A stretch of DNA of 63,703 nt, filler included, from Octopus bimaculoides (GCF_001194135.2; 5 parts of 4 records of this genome joined end to end with filler, not necessarily neighbours in it); one strand, 5' to 3'; positions 23,443 through 34,775 are shown, counted from the whole stretch's first letter. Translations and numbers: made by a program. The notes: generated by a model not told the origin, from the letters alone.

Positions 23443-23503
23443 GATAAAACTCCGAGTTTCGGATGCCGGGGTGGGAACCCACACCGCTATCTCTTCAGTT
23501 ATC
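23443..23503 (-). ncRNA. Type I hammerhead motif with canonical core and long stem II
   Basis: GAUAA-CUGAAGA-[GAUAGCGGUGUGGG UU CCCACCCCGGCAUCC]-GAA-ACUC(G)GAGU-U-UUAUC; perfect 5-bp stem I, cleavage triplet GUU. Confidence 0.75.
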
Positions 23504-23791
23504 CGGCCAATTGAAAATTCCTGTGAAAAATGACCGTTAAACGAAGGGAAATTACTGTGGTTGACCGTTATTAAGACAAAAGAGCTATAGACCCCTAAGT
23601 AAGGGGAGGGGGGTAAAGGTAAGGGAGTAGAAAAGTCTATAGTGTTCGCGTAAGCGAACCAATCCGTACATTCACCTATATATATATACTCAACCCCCAC
23701 CCTTGCTTGAAACACACACATTCTCACCCACATACTCGCCAAAAACTATATATGCATATACATATATATACCCGCATACACACCTATACAC

Positions 23792-23868
23792 CTGATGAGA
23801 AGGTTACAATTTTAATATCAAAGATCCCTATGGATCACACAGGTTGTAATCCTTTGAAACATATGTAG
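23792..23868 (+). ncRNA. Hammerhead-like motif with long stem II and weak stem I
   Basis: CUGAUGA-GAAGG UUACAA..(GAUCC CUAU GGAUC)..UUGUAA U CCUUU-GAA-ACAUAUGU-A-G; palindromic stem III, triplet GUA; only 1 bp of stem I is evident. Confidence 0.55.
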
Positions 23869-24448
23869 GAATAAAGTATGCAATTATAACATGCGTTTTC
23901 TCCAATCCTTAAATTCTTAAATATACTCAAATACCCAAAATTTCAAGGAGTTCCTGCCTTAAAAACAGGAGCTAACCACAGTTATTTTGTGTTATTTGCT
24001 ACATTGGTTTCTATTAACCCATTTATTCTATCAGAAGAATTTTTATTCATTAAGATANNNNNNNNNNNNNNNNNNNNNNNNNNNNNNNNNNNNNNNNNNN
24101 NNNNNNNNNNNNNNNNNNNNNNNNNNNNNNNNNNNNNNNNNNNNNNNNNNNNNNNNNNNNNNNNNNNNNNNNNNNNNNNNNNNNNNNNNNNNNNNNNNNN
24201 NNNNNNNNNNNNNNNNNNNNNNNNNNNNNNNNNNNNNNNNNNNNNNNNNNNNNNNNNNNNNNNNNNNNNNNNNNNNNNNNNNNNNNNNNNNNNNNNNNNN
24301 NNNNNNNNNNNNNNNNNNNNNNNNNNNNNNNNNNNNNNNNNNNNNNNNNNNNNNNNNNNNNNNNNNNNNNNNNNNNNNNNNNNNNNNNNNNNNNNNNNNN
24401 NNNNNNNNNNNNNNNNNNNNNNNNNNNNNNNNNNNNNNNNNNNNNNNN

Positions 24449-24608
24449 GAAAGAGTACAGCAGGGTTCGCCACCATCCCCTGCCGGAGCCTCGTGGAGCT
24501 TTAGGTGTTTTCGCTCAATAAACACCCACAACGCCCGGTCTGGGAATCGAGACCGCGATCCTATGACCGCGAGTCCGCTGCCCTAACCACCGGGCCATTG
24601 CACCTCCA

Positions 24609-24609
<1 letters not shown>
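24449..24609 (-). mobile_element. SINE A 5' half (cut by a gap)
   Basis: aagagtacagcagggttcgccaccatcccctgccggagcc..gggccattgcacctccac. Confidence 0.9.
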
Positions 24610-24648
<39 letters not shown>

Positions 24649-24887
24649 ATCTATATCTATATATACATATATATATTGAAAGATACAGATAAGGAAGGCC
24701 GCCGACAGACTTTTCTACCAAAATATGGATAGTTTATCCTGTTCGTGCTATATTTATTTGTATTCTCCTTCGTTTGAAAATAAAACTGTTTTCTTATCAC
24801 TATCTTTCAATGTATATCAACGCTTCTAAAGCAAACCTTGCTTGTTGACTTTCAAAGAAAGTTGAATTTAACATATGCATACATGTA

Positions 24888-24932
<45 letters not shown>

Positions 24933-25125
24933 TTATTAAAAGAGTTCCAGCTCTGTCTCTTTTTTATGTTTAATTTATATTCTTGTAAAATCAATGTGGG
25001 ATATAGAATATGGAATATATAATATATATAATATAAAAATGGATGGTACAATGAAATGAAATATTGAATGTCTTATTGAATTTATGAAATATTGAGTGTT
25101 CAATATAAAGGATTAAATATATAAA

Positions 25126-25169
25126 GGCAAATACGTATTTTCAATACCTTGTGGTATTTCATCATGGCC
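25126..25169 (-). ncRNA. Family 1 hammerhead motif (repeat unit about 24925-25195)
   Basis: GGC-CAUGAUGA-AAUACC(ACAA)GGUAUU-GAA-AAUACGUAUU-U-GCC; perfect 6-bp stem II and 10-nt palindromic stem III. Confidence 0.75.
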
Positions 25170-25637
25170 AGTATCTGACAGACTGTAACAGACTGNNNNN
25201 NNNNNNNNNNNNNNNNNNNNNNNNNNNNNNNNNNNNNNNNNNNNNNNNNNNNNNNNNNNNNNNNNNNNNNNNNNNNNNNNNNNNNNNNNNNNNNNNNNNN
25301 NNNNNNNNNNNNNNNNNNNNNNNNNNNNNNNNNNNNNNNNNNNNNNNNNNNNNNNNNNNNNNNNNNNNNNNNNNNNNNNNNNNNNNNNNNNNNNNNNNNN
25401 NNNNNNNNNNNNNNNNNNNNNNNNNNNNNNNNNNNNNNNNNNNNNNNNNNNNNNNNNNNNNNNNNNNNNNNNNNNNNNNNNNNNNNNNNNNNNNNNNNNN
25501 NNNNNNNNNNNNNNNNNNNNNNNNNNNNNNNNNNNNNNNNNNNNNNNNNNNNNNNNNNNNNNNNNNNNNNNNNNNNNNNNNNATATATATGGAGAAAAAG
25601 TGAAAGGGTTATAGTGAACTTGCCGTGAGGAGCAGAA

Positions 25638-25674
25638 TATCCAACGTTTCGAATTGAATCCTTCGTCAGGGGTA
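25638..25674 (-). ncRNA. Classic Penelope-type minimal hammerhead
   Basis: UACCC-CUGACGA-A-GGAU(UCA)AUUC-GAAA-CG-UU-GGAUA; matches the CUGANGA-A-stemII-GAAACGUH layout of PLE hammerheads. Confidence 0.7.
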
Positions 25675-25734
25675 GGGAAAAGAGAAGAAAAGGAGAAGAA
25701 AGTCAGAGTTTACATCCTCTCAGCTTTGAAAAGT

Positions 25735-25880
25735 GGCTGCAACTGGATACTATTGAGTGAGAAGGGTAGAGCGAACCAAACGTTCCTTCGGCGCTTCCTT
25801 TTGCGCGTACTAGGGCTTGGCATGAAGGAGATGCGGCCCTTAAACCCACTCGATGCAGTGCCTTATTGTGCACCTAAAAT
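25735..25880 (-). mobile_element. Inverted Penelope-like ORF fragment
   Basis: Minus frame reads ..PSTRKRKRRRNVWFALPFSLN, similar to the RxRxIxWFNPPYS motif recalled for Naiad-type PLEs. Confidence 0.55.
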
Positions 25881-27075
25881 AAAAGACATTTTAAGAAGTA
25901 CCCACAATACAACGGTGGAGGTAGGTTGTTCTTGCAAGGTGTATAATAACTGCCCCGTAAGGGGCCGATGCGAGGCTGAAGGAATAATCTATGAAGCTAC
26001 GGTGACACCAAGACCTGCTATCCGCATTACCAGCAATGTACCATCCAACAGCAATATTAGCAGATTAACCAGATCTAATGCCAGTACAATCGCTACAGCC
26101 AGAGATGATAACCAGTCCGTGACTAGTGTCACAGAGGACCTAACCGACGATAGAGATTCCAGCCCCGGACCACATGTTACAAACAGTACAATCGCCACAC
26201 CTAGAGATGACCAATCCAGGACCAGCGACACAGGTGAGTTATCCAGCGTTCCCAGTACCATCACTGATGACCAAACAATTATCATCGACACCGATGGGAT
26301 GACCGGCCCCGCACTATATGTTACCACCGGCCGCACCCGTACTAACGCCAGCAGCTACATTGCAAACAATATAACCAGTAGGGATAACCAAGGAGATAAC
26401 CCCGCCGGATCATTGCGCCGTATCGTCTGCGTTAGCAACGGCGTTACAAACGGCATCCCTAGGCCCTGAGCCTATCAGAGATATACCAGGAGTGTGAATA
26501 TAGCTACGTCCCAAGTCTGTAAATATATCGGATCAGCCAGTACATCTTTCAAACGTCGCTTCCGCAACCACCAGTCATCCTTAAAAAAGATGGTTTGTCA
26601 TGTCCATGGCCCGTCATGTGTGGCACCTCCAAAGATCAAGGGACACTATGTGATAGGTGAAAAATAACAGTTCGTCCAGGCTCATATATTAAAAAGAGTG
26701 ACCGTCGCAAAATCTGCTTCGCAGAGAGACTCAAGACTTTTAAGGACTATACTAAACCTGGAACGTTGAATAGTCGTAAAGAAGTATTTACTAAATGAGT
26801 CCACTTGAAGCGCTATCTAGTGGAAAATTGGATCTCCCCGTTTTGCCGGTTAGGCTTCTTCGGGTCTCTAAGGATTGTTTTATCCTCTGGTTCAGAGGAG
26901 ACAACCTGTCCTAATTAACGTTTTTATATATCAAGACTGAAATCTCGATATCTGTGCGTTTCATCAGGTCCGCGACGCAGAAAGTTTAAAACTTTTGTCG
27001 TTGTATACAGTTTGAGGAGCTGTCCACAAGGCTTTGGCTTTGTGCATATGAAACCTTTAGTAACTCTATGCGTCT
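25880..27075 (+). mobile_element. Degenerate Penelope-like element 3' part (Naiad-type GIY-YIG endonuclease plus terminal region)
   Basis: KIKDILRSTHN..GCSCKVYNNCPVRGRCEAEGIIYEATV, then in the same frame KYIGSASTSFKRRFRNHQSSL, and in shifted frames ARHVWHLQ and KICFAERL..TLNSRKEVFTK*VH; contains stops and frameshifts. Confidence 0.85.
27003..27071 (+). ncRNA. Degenerate hammerhead at the 3' end of the Penelope element
   Basis: GUAU-AC-AGU-UUGAGGA-[..CACAAG..UUUGUG..]-GAA-AC(CUUUA)GU-A-ACU-CU-AUGC; C3U change and damaged stem II base. Confidence 0.5.
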
Positions 27076-27124
27076 TCAAGGTTTTGTGATCGTGGGTCTC
27101 TGTGTGGCATATCTGAGAGGGCCA

Positions 27125-27620
27125 TTATGAAAAGTAGTGGTCACAAACAGTGCCTTGCGGAACACTACACACTATTTGCGTGTCATTGGAGGTGGCTCTA
27201 TTGGCTACTACTGTTTGAATTCTATCTTTCAGAAAGTCATACAGCCATTCTCCCAATTTCCCGACTATGCCGAGATCACGCAGTTTGTGACATATTCCAT
27301 GATCGGCCTTAACGAAAGCCTTTGCAAAGTCGAAATATCTCACACCCACATTTAAGAGGCTGAGCAGCTGTTTCAACACCCAGTCCTAGTGTTGTAAGAG
27401 CTGCGTCAGGCAGTTTGTTCCTGGTCGGAAACCATGTTGGGTGTCAGTCAGCAAGCCATTTTCCTCAAGGTGATTAGTCTTCTTCTAATTATCCGTTCTA
27501 TGACTTTACTGATGTACGAGGTTTGAGAGATAAATCTGTAGTTTCTGGCCTCTGTACTGGTGCCACCTTTATGGATGGGGCATATTTTCCCTTCTTTCAG
27601 CTTGCTTGGTAATTTGTTCT
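27125..27620 (-). pseudogene. CR1/L2-group LINE reverse-transcriptase fragment
   Basis: ICPIHKGG..NYRFISQTSYISKVIERI, QHGFR-like segment, YFDFAKAF.K.DHG, KLGEWLYDFLKDRIQTVV, SVPQGTV; frameshifted. Confidence 0.88.
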
Positions 27621-27999
27621 TTTATTTTTTATGTCCTTATATACATATATATATATATATAATCATAAATATATAGGGATTGACAGTAACCTGCTTCTCC
27701 AACATACTGAGAATTCAGAAATAGCAGTCAAAGAACTACTGATTTCAAAACTACAAATTATTACTCTAAATTGATAGCGATATTTCTGATACACACAGAA
27801 CAAAAAACAGTAGAGAAAAGTCAAAAAAACCACCTGCCTTTAGTTAATTTAGTACGATCGTTTCACAGTTAAGAGTAAAGAATACTCTATTCTGATCTTN
27901 NNNNNNNNNNNNNNNNNNNNNNNNNNNNNNNNNNNNNNNNNNNTTAATTAATTAANNNNNNNNNNNNNNNNNNNNNNNNNNNNNNNNNNNNNNNNNNNN

Positions 28000-28056
<57 letters not shown>

Positions 28057-28789
28057 CATCATCATGATCATCATCATCATCATCATTATTATTGTTATTG
28101 TTATTGTTATTAAGGCGGCGATCTGGCAGAATCGTTATTGTGCCGGACAAAAGGCTTATCAGCATGCATACATACATACATACATACATACATGCATACA
28201 TACATACATACAAACATACATACGTATATACATACATATATATACATACATACATACATACATATATACAAAATTTAGAAACAGTCACTGCAATATGGGA
28301 GGGTCTTTGTGTTTTTAATTATTTACATTTTTAATTATTTGAAGCTCCTGCATTTTGCTTGCTCTTAATTCGATAAAATCGTCTAGCGTCAAGTAATACC
28401 TTTTGGAACATACATTTCCCACGTTTTTTCTTTTTGTGTTATTTTCGAGTACCTAACTTATGTTTACTGTCTCCCTCTGATTCACAACACCAGTAAAATA
28501 ATATAGATTCATCTTCTAATCAATTGTAGTAATTTTTATTATTTTCAACATGGCCATCGGACGGAAAGGACATTACAAAAACTAAGGCAACTTACACTTT
28601 GTGGGTTAAACATTACATAAAACCGGAGAAGAAAAACAGCAATGATGGTGGGACTAAATGAGGTGCAAAGTATTATACATTATATATAACATACGTGAAT
28701 ACATGCATGCTGTTGTCCACTTGATAGAGGAGAGCATAAAACAAAGGCGAATTAAAGACATTCAAAATTCCTAGATCAACTTAACAGTT

Positions 28790-28965
28790 GGCTATATCGT
28801 CCCCGGTACTTGACCAGTACTTTGTTTTATTGAACCCGGAAGGATAAAAAACAAAGTTGGCCTCGGCAGGATTTTGCACTAAGAAGATAACAGGCCTTAA
28901 GAAACACAATAAAGCGTTATTTCCTATTCCCCAAAGATTCAGCCAATCCACCGATAATAGATATC
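28790..28965 (-). mobile_element. Degenerate SINE E
   Basis: ccagtactttgttttattgaacccggaaggataaaaaacaaagttggcctcggcagg. Confidence 0.55.
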
Positions 28966-30721
28966 TTCATAATAAAAATATCAGGCTGTGATTTTAAAAG
29001 AATTTGTTAATAATTCTGAATTCTTTCCTTCCAACATAAACTTTGAATTATGATATAATATAATAATAAAAATCCTTGTAAAATAGGACAAACGAAAGGC
29101 GAACTAATTTGTGGTGTTTTAGCTGCCTTTTTTTCTTTTTTTTTGCATTTACCATATTCGTTTGGCATAAATCTCAAGATTACAAGTCACAAAACTAACT
29201 AGATTAATAGTGCAGTTTCTTTAATAAATCTACTAAACATTTATTGCGTGTGTGGTTTAAANNNNNNNNNNNNNNNNNNNNNNNNNNNNNNNNNNNNNNN
29301 NNNNNNNNNNNNNNNNNNNNNNNNNNNNNNNNNNNNNNNNNNNNNNNNNNNNNNNNNNNNNNNNNNNNNNNNNNNNNNNNNNNNNNNNNNNNNNNNNNNN
29401 NNNNNNNNNNNNNNNNNNNNNNNNNNNNNNNNNNNNNNNNNNNNNNNNNNNNNNNNNNNNNNNNNNNNNNNNNNNNNNNNNNNNNNNNNNNNNNNNNNNN
29501 NNNNNNNNNNNNNNNNNNNNNNNNNNNNNNNNNNNNATATATATATATATATATATATATATAGCAATACATATATATATGCATTGATACATGTGGATAT
29601 ATACATTATATATATATACGGCATGAATATTATATATATATTACTATATAAATTATTATTATTATTATCATTATTATTATTATTATTATTACCATATTAT
29701 TATGAGATAATAATTCTGCGTTACTTAACCCGTCGGTAACGCTTTCACGTGATTAGAGAAAAAGAGAAGGAAAGAAAAGGAGAGAATAAAAGACGGACAA
29801 AGAAAAAGACGGAGAGTGAAGCGTCCATGATGGGGTAGGAGGGATATGGTATTTACTACGTCAATAAAAAATTTATTTGAAGGCAGTAATAGAGAAGAGA
29901 GTTAAAAATATAATTTAAGCATAGGGGTGATGTTCTGATGGTGAGGCTAAAGGCAGAGAGAGGCCGGGTGAGAAAGATGAGGCGGGGAGAGATGAAAAGA
30001 GAAAGGTGGTGGTGGTGTTGGTGGTGGAGGTGGCAGTGGTGATTGGATAGTGAAAAGTGTACTTTTTTTAATTGAACTACATTTTTTTAAATATTCCCTA
30101 TCACTTAACTCACGCGCATAAGTGCAATTCCGTGAAATTTTCACGCTTAATTACGTGGCAGATGTATGCAATTTAATTAAAGGTTGTATCATATGTACGT
30201 ATATTTCTTTTGTTCTTTGTTTATGGGGAAAATGGAAAAATAAGACCGAATATTTATTTCATGTGTGCCGTATATTAAATCTATAAAACTGTGCGTAGAG
30301 TATATAAAGTGAATATATAAGGTGCATTAACTAATCATGGTATTCCAATTTCTTTCTGTTATCAGTGAGTTGAGATGAGCGAGTATTTTCCATACAGACA
30401 CAACACAGGATTTTGGGGTAAAGTTTCCAAACATAACCCAATAGATTTACCATTAATTCTGTGAAATATTCAAGGGTCCCGCTAGTTATTATAAACGTAT
30501 ATATAATTTTAAAAAAACATGTATATGTATGTGTGTATCTGTATACCAGTATATATAAAGCCATATGTCTGTATACAGGTGCACGAATATAATACCATAT
30601 GATAGACGGCTCTATATAATGGTAGTCTTAATTAATGGTCACTCGAGAGCGAGAAAGACGGTTCTGTAATTTCTTCTTGAACAGCCCACCCCTCGGCAGG
30701 TTTGCCCACAGTCGATTTATT

Positions 30722-30933
30722 TACGAGGGTGTGCTGAAAAGTTCCTGGCTTTAAGAGTCTCACGAAAGGCCTGGTAGGAGGCCCAAATTTCCGAGCTCTT
30801 TTACAGAGCTTAGCAAAACTGAAGGACCGCTGTAGTAAGTGTGTGAATCTGTGAGAGGATTACGTTGAATAACATCATAATTAACTGATCCACTTACGCA
30901 AAGCCACGAACTTTTTAGTACCACCACACCGTA
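30722..30933 (+). mobile_element. Mariner-derived MITE
   Basis: Ends TAcgagggtgtgctgaaaagttcctggcttt / aaagccacgaactttttagtacc..cgTA; the interior encodes KLKDRCSKCVNL*EDYVE*, a mariner C-terminus. Confidence 0.82.
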
Positions 30934-31206
30934 CTTTGTTTTCTTTTTTTTACTAGAAGAGAGACAAACAGAAAACGAATTGACACCAGTATATGGCTGT
31001 TACATTATTTCTCGATTATGAAATGGTGAAAAATTAGGCTGAATTCAATTATATTTGAACAGCGAAAAACGTCAAAAGAGACACGGGAACACAATTTGCC
31101 AGACACTCTAATGATGAAGCTTTCTATAGAGATGACTTACAAATATGACTTCATTACATACATACATACATATATAATACATACATGCATATAGACATAT
31201 ATACAT

Positions 31207-31255
<49 letters not shown>

Positions 31256-31930
31256 NNNNNNNNNNNNNNNNNNNNNNNNNNNNNNNNNNNNNNNNNNNNN
31301 NNNNNNNNNNNNNNNNNNNNNNNNNNNNNNNNNNNNNNNNNNNNNNNNNNNNNNNNNNNNNNNNNNNNNNNNNNNNNNNNNNNNNNNNNNNNNNNNNNNN
31401 NNNNNNNNNNNNNNNNNNNNNNNNNNNNNNNNNNNNNNNNNNNNNNNNNNNNNNNNNNNNNNNNNNNNNNNNNNNNNNNNNNNNNNNNNNNNNNNNNNNN
31501 NNNNNNNNNNNNNNNNNNNNNNNNNNNNNNNNNNNNNNNNNNNNNNNNNNNNNNNNNNNNNNNNNNNNNNNNNNNNNNNNNNNNNNNNNNNNNNNNNNNN
31601 NNNNNNNNNNNNNNNNNNNNNNNNNNNNNNNNNNNNNNNNNNNNNNNNNNNNNNNNNNNNNNNNNNNNNNNNNNNNNNNNNNNNNNNNNNNNNNNNNNNN
31701 NNNNNNNNNNNNNNNNNNNNNNNNNNNNNNNNNNNNNNNNNNNNNNNNNNNNNNNNNNNNNNNNNNNNNNNNNNNNNNNNNNNNNNNNNNNNNNNNNNNN
31801 NNNNNNNNNNNNNNNNNNNNNNNNNNNNNNNNNNNNNNNNNNNNNNNNNNNNNNNNNNNNNNNNNNNNNNNNNNNNNNNNNNNNNNNNNNNNNNNNNNNN
31901 NNNNNNNNNNNNNNNNNNNNNNNNNNNNNN

Positions 31931-31962
<32 letters not shown>

Positions 31963-32649
31963 GATGGGTTGTATGCATGCATGTATGTATGTATATATAT
32001 ATATATACATATATATACACATATGTGTGTGTGCGTGCGTGTATGTGGGTGTGCGTGTGTGTATGTGTGTGTGCATATTCTATTCATATTGCCCTATGGA
32101 GCAACTCACGCGTGCCACTGATCGCGTAAATTAGTTTATGATATATGAGACACCGTATTTATAATGTAAAATATTTATGAGAGGTCAGACGACGGAAAAA
32201 TAATGGGAAAACAATACAAAATGATGTATATTTAGAGAAGAAATATATATATGTATATATTCAATACTCTCCTATATATATATANNNNNNNNNNNNNNNN
32301 NNNNNNNNNNNNNNNNNNNNNNNNNNNNNNNNNNNNNNNNNNNNNNNNNNNNNNNNNNNNNNNNNNNNNNNNNNNNNNNNNNNNNNNNNNNNNNNNNNNN
32401 NNNNNNNNNNNNNNNNNNNNNNNNNNNNNNNNNNNNNNNNNNNNNNNNNNNNNNNNNNNNNNNNNNNNNNNNNNNNNNNNNNNNNNNNNNNNNNNNNNNN
32501 NNNNNNNNNNNNNNNNNNNNNNNNNNNNNNNNNNNNNNNNNNATATATATATATATACTTAATCATATCAAAGGGAAATGGAAATTAATAAAAATTTTCA
32601 GTTCCAAGTGGCCTAGCGTATAAAAGTTTAGTCCAAAGACTATGAATTA

Positions 32650-32771
32650 CTCATAAGGTAGTGTATATTTAAATACATAAGAGGAATCCACTCATGGGAG
32701 TGGATTGTAGCGTAAGGGATCCCGTGAGTGGATTCCACTTATGTATTTAAATATACACTGTACCTTATGAG
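32650..32771. repeat. Foldback element with arms of about 50 bp (MITE-like)
   Basis: ctcataaggtagtgtatatttaaatacataagaggaatccactcatggga ... tcccgtgagtggattccacttatgtatttaaatatacactgtaccttatgag. Confidence 0.8.
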
Positions 32772-32787
32772 AATATATATATGTATA

Positions 32788-32925
32788 GGGAGAATTCACA
32801 AAAAAACAACAGACGAAGACAGGTGGTGTAGAAAACAAACAGATGTATTAGGATAACGCTCGGGAATTGAAAAAGTCTTCAGCATTTCGAGCCTACGCTC
32901 TTCCACAGAAAGGAACACAATGTAT
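32788..32925 (-). mobile_element. Repeat family 2 unit with a degenerate PLE-type hammerhead (32877-32912)
   Basis: CUUU-CUGUGGA-A-GAGC(GUAG)GCUC-GAAA-UG-CU-GAAG; the 15623 copy supplies the CG-UU-AAAG consensus. Confidence 0.55.
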
Positions 32926-32934
32926 TATAAGAGG

Positions 32935-32986
<52 letters not shown>

Positions 32987-33584
32987 CTATGAATGTATGT
33001 GCACGTACATGTCTTGCATATATAACAGTGCAAGTTGAAAAAAAATCAATTACGTTTATTCTTGCAGTGAGTAGACAAAACTGCTTCTTGATTTGTTTAA
33101 AATTTTAAATCTAATAAGAGTCAAATGACTACAATGAAAACGATTGATTGAAATTTTTGGAAAATATACAGGGTGATCGAAAAGTAACTCTTTATTGAAA
33201 AGTATCTCCCTATTTTAAAATACTAATAAATTATTTATTAATTGTAATTTTTTACAAAAAAATGCATACGAGAAGAAAGCTTTTAGTAAGAGGTTTTATC
33301 TATAGTTCTAAACACAAACACAAAAAATTTGAGTACAAATTACAATTAATAAATAATTTATGATTATTTTAAAAGTAATAATTTATTTAGCTTTATTGTA
33401 TGTTTTATGATATAGTGTTCTCTGGTTGCTCCGTATTGTGAGTTGGCGAGCAATAAACTACATCTTGTTACTCAAGATGCCGATATTTAAGTCAAATCGC
33501 TTAATCCCTGCAGTAACAATGTAACCTGCGAGGCAATAAATGTCTACAAATATGTCTGCCAAAAGGATATCTTTTATTTTTTAT

Positions 33585-34060
33585 CTTTCAGTTGTTTCGG
33601 TCATTAGACTGCGACCATGCTGGGGCACTTCTTTGAAGAATATTTAGTCGAATGAATCGACCGCAGTACTTGGTTTTCTTTTCTAAGCCTGGTACTTATT
33701 TTATCGGTGTCTTTTGCCGAACCGCTAATGTTACAGGAATGTAAAGCCACCAATAGCAGTTGTCAAGCGGTGGTGAGAGACAAACACACACACACACACA
33801 CACACAAACATACACATACACACACACATACACACGCACACGCACATACACACGCACACACACACACACATACACGCACACATATATATAAACACATACA
33901 CACCACGACGAGCTTCTTTCAGTTTCTGCATACCAAATCCACTGAGAAGACTTTGGTCGGTCCAAGGCTATAGTAGAAGACACTTGTCCAAGGTGTCATG
34001 CAGTGGGACTGAACCCGGAACCATGTAGCTAGAATCACGCTTCTTACCACACAGCAACGC
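33585..34060 (-). mobile_element. Full-length SINE B with an expanded central (CA)n
   Basis: Tail, microsatellite, CORE-like cacttgtccaaggt and head cttcttaccacacagc are all present. Confidence 0.85.
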
Positions 34061-34528
34061 CTGTGTCTGTATAGTCATCTTACTGCACATAAATCTTGAC
34101 TTAAATCTCTGTAGGTTACATACACCATTGGTGAACTGGAATTGGATGTCATCTTTTCTTTGTAGATCTTGAAATGCATTATAGCAAAAACGAGCGAAGA
34201 AAAAAAAGTCAGATACAAAATCCTTGTACACGACATACTGTATGAAAAAAGTACAATGCGTCTCCAGGTTCCTCTCTTGAGCGGGCAAGATCAACTATTT
34301 CGTTAAAGGTGAATGCGATGACTCCTATCATTTTATCCGGTATATCTAGTTTGGAGAGCACCATCTTAAAGTGCTCTCCAAAAACGGAAATGTACAAAAA
34401 CGCAATCAAATGTTTGCATTTATCAAGTCAACAAAAATACTTGATAATTATTCTTGTGCTCGTGTGTTTTTTCCTGAACCTAACGTAGACTGAAAATCCT
34501 GTCAAAAGTTCTCTACCATGATCTAAAG

Positions 34529-34775
34529 CAGCGTTTCTCAACCATTTTTGCCTGGAGACCCCTTTGATTCCGGTTTTACTCAAGTGTACTCCCATAGCCA
34601 TTTAATGTTTAAAAAATCCTATTATATTTTTAATTATCAAATATATTATAATTAAAAATTGTTAAAATATTCTATGTATTGTAGAAGTACAACCGATTTA
34701 CTGCACATAAAAATTTTAACAATAAAATCTTATATGGACCGCCAACAGCCATATGGCCCCGGTTGAGAACCACTA
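34529..34775. mobile_element. hAT (Charlie/Buster-like) MITE
   Basis: TIRs cagcgtttctcaacc / ggttgagaaccacta; the left flank atctaaag resembles the NTCTAGAN target. Confidence 0.75.

Noticed and set aside
25654-26469. 271-aa ORF as a host gene
   Set aside because: It is a composite of an inverted PLE fragment and the N-terminal half of a PLE endonuclease.
33166-33200. TAcagggtgatcgaaaagtaac, Tc1-like terminal repeat
   Set aside because: No matching second TIR or transposase sequence identified.
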